Positions 35,222 to 42,256 of a stretch of DNA of 42,256 nt are shown one piece after another; within the stretch, counting starts at the first letter, position 1, and the number at the start of each line of letters is the position of its first letter. The notes below the pieces were generated by a model that worked only from the letters and a program-made list of their open reading frames with translations, ran no database searches and was not told the DNA's origin. A program made the translations under genes and the position numbers. The DNA comes from Perkinsus chesapeaki ATCC PRA-425 (lineage: Eukaryota; Protista; Perkinsozoa), in NCBI GenBank assembly GCA_013115145.1, contig JAAPAO010000290.1, positions 1 through 42,256 on the forward strand, given 5' to 3'.

Positions 35222-36160
35222 CTCCACTGAAAACCGTAATTCCTAAACAACATCTCTTCCAGCCAAGGGAACTCAACAAAGGTGGCCGGATATGTTATCC
35301 AAATCAGTGTACTCGTAATGACGCTATATGCAGCAAATGCGGGGTGGAGCGGCAGAGTAACGATGACGATCATCACTACTGATAGGATTGTTTCGATGAG
35401 AGTGTTGTAATAGTTCAGTTGGTCAGTCTTGATCAATGGGGAGAAGGTACAACAACAACATAGTGCAAATGGCAGCAGCTGCTGCCGATGATGATGAAGA
35501 GGAGCTATAGCAATACAGACCACCACCACCACCACCCCAGCAGGTAGCAAAGACGAGCATTCAGTTAGTCCTCGGGAACTAGCCCCATGAGGAGGAGGGG
35601 GGGAGAGGGAGTTAACAACAACAAGAATCCTGCCCCCAGGACTGGGTCAAACATTTAAAGAGGTCACCGTAGCGGTAGTAGTAGTGGCAGGAGGAGGAGG
35701 AGAAGCAAAAACAACATGGTCTTGACAAACGCGTATCCTTCTTCTATTGAATTGTTCTCGAAGATGATATGATAATATAAAAGGGGCCGGCAGCATTTTA
35801 TCCTCAAATACACTCAAGTTAGAAATATTAGAGACATACAATTGCCACCACTGCAACCGCCGAGGCGTCAACAATCACCACTACGGCAGGGGCGGAGGAG
35901 ATATCGGCAATCGCAGTCGTAGAGTGTACTGATAGATGGATGATAACAAAAAGATAGAAGATGCCAAATGACTTCCTCGCGAACCAGTCATGATGATAAT
36001 AAAAAGAAGAACAACGCATTTAGTAACCCTCAAACAGCGACTGAGGCTACTGCTGGTTTATCAGGAAAGATACGATCAAAAGCAACTTCTCGTCCTTTTG
36101 ACGGTAACCTTCAACCGCGAGGAAGAGGAGGAGCGCGGCGGCGGCGACGACGGCAGAAAA
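35173..36160 (-). CDS. Hypothetical multi-pass membrane protein (structure unresolved)
   Basis: Several hydrophobic segments on the minus strand (SAVVAAAALLLFLAVEG; RKSFGIFYLFVIIH; TILSVVMIVIVTLP; AYSVITSTLIWIT); exon joins not resolved. Confidence 0.35.
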
Positions 36161-36589
36161 GGTAGTCTACAATATACCAGGAAAATACTTTCACTTGTTG
36201 GAGAGGAGCTAGTCGTATAATACTGGCTGCTGCTGCTGCACTGCTACTTATATAGTTGATATAACGCTGATAGTCAATATGTGAACACCTGATGATAAAG
36301 AAAAAAAGCTACTGATCAAATCCAACTCGACTGCGCTACGTTTGTCTACAATGTGAAAGGAGGTATGAAACGGTTGATCGATTTCGTATACTTCCTCAGC
36401 GCGGTGTATCTGGTTGTTGAACTCACCCCAAGCAGTGACCGAAATTCCAAGAAATGTGAGTCGATAATAATCTCTATTATTAAATGTATATAATAAATTA
36501 ATTATTATTAACTTTTATTACTATATAAACTAGCGCCCATGCCACAAACCCTGACTAGGCTCCTGACCAGCCCTACAGGATAATATGCT

Positions 36590-36917
36590 CTAATGGCGAT
36601 GATGATGATGCTCATCCTTCCACTTCTCCCATCTACCACTCGATGATGATGGCGGTGGCGGCGGCTTATCCAAGGGCGCGAAGAGATCCTCCAACTTGGA
36701 CGCTGGTCTTGTCCCACGGAAGCCATCTGGACTTGATATCGACCTACACCTCTTCAGTTCCATTCCTCCTCAACCCTCCTCGACTACTCGTACCGTCCTC
36801 GCTCACTCCGGGGAATCATGTCCTGCTCTTGTGGTGCAAAGAGGGCGTCCAGAGTCGAGAATGTCGCCGGTCGATGGATGGGAGAACCTGTCACAGATGT
36901 TGCACTAAAACGCTCAT
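36590..36917 (-). CDS. Small 2-exon hypothetical protein, or extra 3' exons of the PP2C gene
   Basis: MSVFSATSVTGSPIHRPATFSTLDALFAPQEQDMIPR/RGMELKRCRSISSPDGFRGTRPASKLEDLFAPLDKPPPPP...HHHHRH*; a 38-nt gtgag...gag intron restores the frame. Confidence 0.4.
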
Positions 36918-37227
36918 TGATAACGCCTTAAAGAATATATTATTATTATCAAACAACCCACAGGATGTTAGAATCGATAAGCCAAATACACGTTCACACA
37001 CACCTCGTTGAGAATCTTAAAAGGTGAATTCTCGACACTTCATCATACTGCGTGAACTACATGCAACATGAATATCACAAATTTATGTCACGACCGATCG
37101 ATTTAAGAAATTGATTGTAGATTGGAGCGATTGTGGCAGATCCTTCCACCGTATTAACGCGATAGACTCGGCTAGGCAACAAAACTGCAGTGCGAGCAAT
37201 TCTCAACCCCTCTATCAAAAGCACGCT

Positions 37228-40200
37228 TCAAGCTATGATATTACTGTGTGATGTCCACAACTGCTGCCTTGCCACATCAAACGGATCTTCGCTTCCTTCC
37301 GCCCCTCCTCCTGCTGCTGCTGTATCATCCCTCCTTCTGTCAGCCTTCGGTAATGGTATACTCAACACAGCCCACGTAGTGTCATCATGAGGACCCGTCG
37401 GCACACACGACCGTATCTACAAGCTAATACCTGGGGCGCGCGGTCATCATCGACTACAGCTACTGCCGAAGTACAAAGCCTCTTCTGTATCACACGAAAC
37501 TGGAATCGAAGTATTATGATTACGTCCACAAGAACGTACTTCTGATTCCAGTAGCACAGAACATTCCTTAGCGGGCATACCGATACAGTATTGACTGATA
37601 CTACCACTCTTTGCTCTACTATCACTGAGGATACCCCTTTACCACTGTCTTCTATTAACATCAATAACACTTTTTTCCTATCAATTATATTGTATCCAAC
37701 ATCTCCCCAAATATAGGCTAATCATCACTATTAAAGCATTTCACTCGAACCAGCAATAACTTCTATATATCCATCCCAAAACGGAACAGCTTCCTCTAGT
37801 ACTTCGCGCAACCCAACCGCACTAATGTTACTAGGTTAATAATAACAAACCCAACCGTGCTCCAATTTCGTGGCGCGCGAACTTCCCTCTCAGTACCATA
37901 TCATGTAGCTTTGCTCCTGACGGCATAGGTCCAAGCCTCCTTATTTTTTCTTGTATCGTCCGCGGACCTGCCAATAACAATAACATCCCTTTAGAGTTAA
38001 GTTAATCGGCCCACTTAGGATATCCCAAAGGCCATCTGACGCTGCAATAAGGTAGAGTCTAGAAGCGGAGGCAGCGGAGGAGGAGGATGGGCCACCGACA
38101 CGGCGAGCTGGCTCGGATTTAAAACTGACAGTGAAATCGACATATGCCGGGATTGAACCAGGGACCGTAGTCATCCCCACTTCAAACTTGTTGAACTGAA
38201 TATCGAACAAGACGGAATGCAAATGCTACATTCTTCAACCGCCTCAATCAATAGATTAATTTTCTATCCAGAGAAGAAGGAGTCGCTTATGTAGGGCTCT
38301 CATATCTCAGAGTTCAAAGTCCGATTGCACAACAGTGAGAGCTGGTACGTAACTAAGTTGCCCGTCTGCTATCTGCTAACGTCGAGAGTTATACCAACCT
38401 CATCACGGCAAACATCGGGGATATATTCAAATCTTCTAGACCAACTCTTAATACCATGCAAGTCGTTGCTATCATTTTACCGCCAAACTTCCCACATTTC
38501 CCGGGCAGCAGCACCTCCCCCAAATCACTACTTCTTTTCCCCAGTCCCCTCCGCCTGCGTCGATGGCTCATGATGCCCACAATAGCTCTCAACTGGAGCG
38601 TTCGTTGCAGCCCACTCCTCCTTGTGTTGGGGTGTCCAAATGTACCTTAACAACGACAGCAACAACGCTGGGCGGCGGCACTGTGGATCGACGAAGCTCG
38701 ATACCATTCGGGGGAGCCTATGAGGCCGGTGCAGCCCTTCTTCTTGGCGAACTTGACAAGATCCGCGTCGAAGTTGGAGTCCCTTTCCTGTACGCCATCT
38801 GACCTCATAACAGAGTCGCCTAATGTCCGTGTAACGGCAATGTTAGTTACTGCTACCTAAAGATACGCAAGGGGTTAACTTGAAAAGATACACAAGAGGT
38901 TGACTAGAAAAGATACGCAATAGGTTGACTTGAAAAGATACGCAATAGGTTGACTTAAAAAGATACGCAAGACGTCAACTTGAAAAGATACGCAAGAGGT
39001 TGACTTGAAAAGATACGCGAGAAGTTAACTTGAAAAGATATGCAAGAGGTTAACTTGAAAAGATACACAAGAGGTTGACTTGAAACGATACGCAATAGAT
39101 TGACTTGAAAAGATACGCAATAGGTTGACTTAAAGAAATACGCAAGAAGTTAACTTGAAAAGATATGCAAGAGGTTGACTTGAAAAGATACGCGAACTTG
39201 GACTTTCCGTTACTTTCCGTTGGAAAGATACGGAAGAGGCTGAATCAGGGAGGATACGCAGGAGGCTGCATTAGGGAAGATACGCAGGAGGCTGCATTAG
39301 GGAAGATGCGCAAGAGGTCGAATTAGGGAAGATACGCAGGAGGCTGCATTAGGGAAGATGCGCAAGAGGTCGAATTAGGGAAGATACACAAGAGGTTGAA
39401 TTAGGGAAGATGCGCAAGAGGTCGAATTAGGGAAGATACGCAAGAGGTTGAATTAGGGAAGATGCGCAAGAGGTTGAATTAGGGAGGATGCGCAAGAGGT
39501 TGAATTAGGGATGATACGCAGGAGGTTGAATTAGGGAAGATGCGCAAGAGGTTGAATTAGGGATGATACGCAGGAGATTAAATTAGGGAAGATGCGCAAG
39601 ACGTTGAATTAGGGAAGATGTGCGTGAGGTTGTTAACCAGACCTACTCCAACAGCTTTATTCTTATATATAACTCCTCCACAACTTAATATACGATGTCT
39701 CTCATCCAGCCTTTCCCGAACCTACACCAGCCTCACTTATAACATCAAAGCCCGACGGCAGCCTTACCGTGTGTGGTTGAGTAAAGAGAGGCTCGGTATG
39801 CGCCTGTTGCTCGTCCCTCGAACTAGGCTCGACTGATGATGACGTTTGAATCAGCGCCACTTGCGAGTCCCCAACTTGCGACACTCCGATCAGCCCAGAC
39901 GCCTCGTGGACACAGACCAAAGATGCAGTACCTGATAAACGTGAAGGTGACCTTGAGAAGTTAAAAATCTTCAACGAACCGATCGTATAGGGTAAGTATT
40001 GATAATGAAAAACACACAACGTATATTATAATAATATAGCTTATATTAAATAAGTTGCTGTCGCCTCGGATCGAACCCTCCTCCTATTCCTCCTCCCATC
40101 CCTACATCCACCATTTGCAGTGTCCACATCCGGCGATGCAAGCGCCATCTCCTCGCAGATTCGCAGAGTTTCTGAATTATTAAAAACTACGTCTTCCCAG

Positions 40201-41459
40201 GAATCGAACTCAGATGCTTACGATTGAGAGCGACGACCAGCGCCGGTTGCTCCCCCTGCTGACCTAATACGTCCTCCCCCAAACACACTTGGGCAGATGC
40301 CTCGCTGGGATACATGCTCGCCAAGCTCCTGGAAAACAAAACCCCTATCCGCTAGACTCCCTTTTTGGAATGTCTGGTGGAGCGGCGAACACTGCTCTCT
40401 CTGGAGTTGGTCCGTGGGAAAAAATCGGAAAAAATTGAGAAATTTTCCCGGGCCTCCTCCCTTACTTCAACTCTGCCGTCGAAGGTGCGCTCAAAGATGA
40501 GAAATTGACCTTGTCAGAGATAAGAACAGAAATGACCTGCCGAGACATAGGTTCGAACCCGGGTCGATATTGCAGTTGCTACCGAAAAGAAGATATCAGG
40601 CACTACGCTGGCCATATAGTAGCTCAGCTGCATTTGACTAGTAGCACCCGCAGGCGCTCCGTGACCATCGAATATACCCACCAAAGTAAGTCCATTTCGG
40701 GTTACCGCAACTACAGAGTTAAGTGCACGCATCAAGCTAAGATTCTCTTTTACAATGGGCGTCCTGGTTTTTAGTTTTCTCTCCTTTTATCCGAGCGTCC
40801 TTGCCGCTGGTATCTTTGGGCTTGATAACCTCGTATCTGCCAAAATATTTTTATACCACATTTCCGCCAAATCCCGAGTACATCGCTGTGAGACCGCTCG
40901 AGGAGGATCTCTTCTCAACAGACCCATGGGACACTAAGCTTGATGGCCGCTCGTATTGGCTGCCCTCCGGCGTGTCAGAGGGATAGTCAAAACTACCTGA
41001 AAAAATATTCTTGAGCTCAGATTCGCGACAACTGCGAGCCGACCCCGATTGGAAGGCACTAAAACAGGCGATTGTCTCGATATGAAACTTGGAGTCGCCG
41101 ATAAGCCTAAGGCAGTATCGGTTATTCCCATACCGCTCCCTCCGCTACTACTCTTAGAATCGAGGGCACCATAACTAAACGAGCCGCCTTCCTCTGTAGC
41201 CGGGGACATGCTCCCCAGTGGCCCCGAGCTCCCCGTTGCAGCTGTCCATTTACGAGGTTTGCCTATTTGGAGTCCACTTGCTGCCGGCAGAGACACCTCC
41301 CCCTAAAAGATATTCTACCAACTGTCCCCTATTATTAACCGTATTAACCTTGTCGGGATGAGGCGGCCCCTCTATTGCTGAATCATCGCTGAATTGCTCA
41401 GGCTCACTTGAGTTATGTCGGCTGTTGACGGCACTGTTGTTGCTGGTTCCATTTCCCAT
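37228..41459 (-). CDS. PP2C (PPM) family protein phosphatase, multi-exon, with long Ser-rich N-terminus
   Basis: Motifs in the correct order: LVGIFDGHG (ORF 40514-40735), GTASLV...SQVGDSQVAL (39702-40019), PHT/VRERLDERHRILSCGG, LIAASDGLWDIL (37941-38222) and GPHDDTTWAVL. N-terminus MGNGTS could be myristoylated. Confidence 0.8.
38859..39632 (+). repeat. Compound minisatellite: about 13 x 25 bp followed by about 15 x 26 bp
   Basis: Unit A GAAAAGATACGCAAKAGGTTGACTT has exact period 25 (core at 38861 to 39186). Unit B AGGGAAGATRCGCAAGAGGTTGAATT has exact period 26 (core at 39226 to 39616). Confidence 0.95.
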
Positions 41460-42120
41460 ACTAATAACTAAGTAATGCGTCATGGGGCGTTAATGTCACA
41501 TAAAGATGGGAAGACGCGACACCTGATTCGGAGGTCCCAGGTTCGAACCTGGCACCCGTCACTTTTAATTTCTCTCGCATTTTTCGGTGGAGCACCATCG
41601 GAGTGTCAATGTCAGTACAAGTAAGCATCCTTTCCCTTATAGCTCTTATTAGCCTCTTTCAGACATCGACATTAATATTACCTCCGGCAATAGTACCAGG
41701 TGGAGGTAGGCCCAAAAGTGGTATCATTGCGTATCTTTGTTGCCCAGGTAGGTTCTCTGCGATAACCGGGGGAGCTGGAGTATTATTGAAGATGCAACCA
41801 GTTACTCAGAAGGAGGGGGATGTACTGAGATGGATGTAAGTCGTTTACTAGCTGGACCCTACTAAAGGCCGCTACTATCAAAATATATATTGTGTACTGT
41901 GTATTATTCAGTAAAGGCTGTACTGTACTTTCGAGGCTGATATAGCCTAGTTGGAGTTGATTATGCTTATAATGGTTAGTACAGTCTCTGTAGGTTTGAA
42001 ATGGCTCCTGCTGGTATATTACATGATGACGGTGGGCCTATACTGCAGGGGAGAGTACCAGCTAGGGAGGATAAGTACTATGAAAGGGGGAACGGCTTAT
42101 TTCGCTCGGTTTCTCGTCAT

Positions 42121-42256
42121 CTGTTTGTTGTATATTATACGGTATAGTCCTTTGTTTGTTGTATATTATACGGTATAGTCCTCTGTTTGTTGTATATTAT
42201 ACGGTATAGTCCTCTGTTTGTTGTATATTATACGGTATAGTCCTCTGTTTGTTGTA
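42121..42256 (+). repeat. 31-bp tandem repeat, at least 4.4 copies, truncated by the window edge
   Basis: CTGTTTGTTGTATATTATACGGTATAGTCCT repeated; one substitution in copy 2. Confidence 0.95.

Noticed and set aside
38859-39632. CRISPR-like array
   Set aside because: Units are directly adjacent with no unique spacers, there are no cas genes, and the context is eukaryotic.
40190-40260. tRNA-Glu-like sequence on the minus strand (GAGTTCGATTCC)
   Set aside because: No cloverleaf; better explained as a PP2C exon end plus a gtaagc...ag intron.
40545-40570. B-box-like GGTTCGAACCC
   Set aside because: Lies within the PP2C reading frame (ISTRVRTYV), with no tRNA 5' half.
41483-41560. tRNA 3'-half-like GAGGTCCCAGGTTCGAACCTGG
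   Set aside because: T loop is one base short and there is no matching acceptor or D arm; at most a highly decayed fragment.

Overview
Gene-dense eukaryotic nuclear DNA with many very short (about 30-60 nt) GT-AG introns. It is most consistent with a Perkinsus-like alveolate; this is inferred from intron size, the subtilisin and cathepsin B family members and a flagellar gene, and was not verified. Recognisable genes: a mitochondrial carrier (ODC-like), a BAG-like protein, proteasome beta-5, a cathepsin B-like protease, a disabled subtilisin, a SAM methyltransferase, a multi-EF-hand protein, DRC9/IQCG, RPS24, FCF1 and a PP2C phosphatase, plus several hypothetical genes. All exon structures were spliced by hand and are approximate. 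Non-coding features: two identical tRNA-Val(AAC) genes (one antisense inside an intron); a 1.36-kb TIR-bounded non-autonomous DNA element with GATC-dense subterminal regions and an internal tRNA-like relic; a compound 25/26-bp minisatellite in a PP2C intron; a 31-bp tandem repeat at the right edge; and several long palindromes with 0-2 nt spacers. I found no clearly new multi-gene system. The best leads are the TIR element and the palindrome set.
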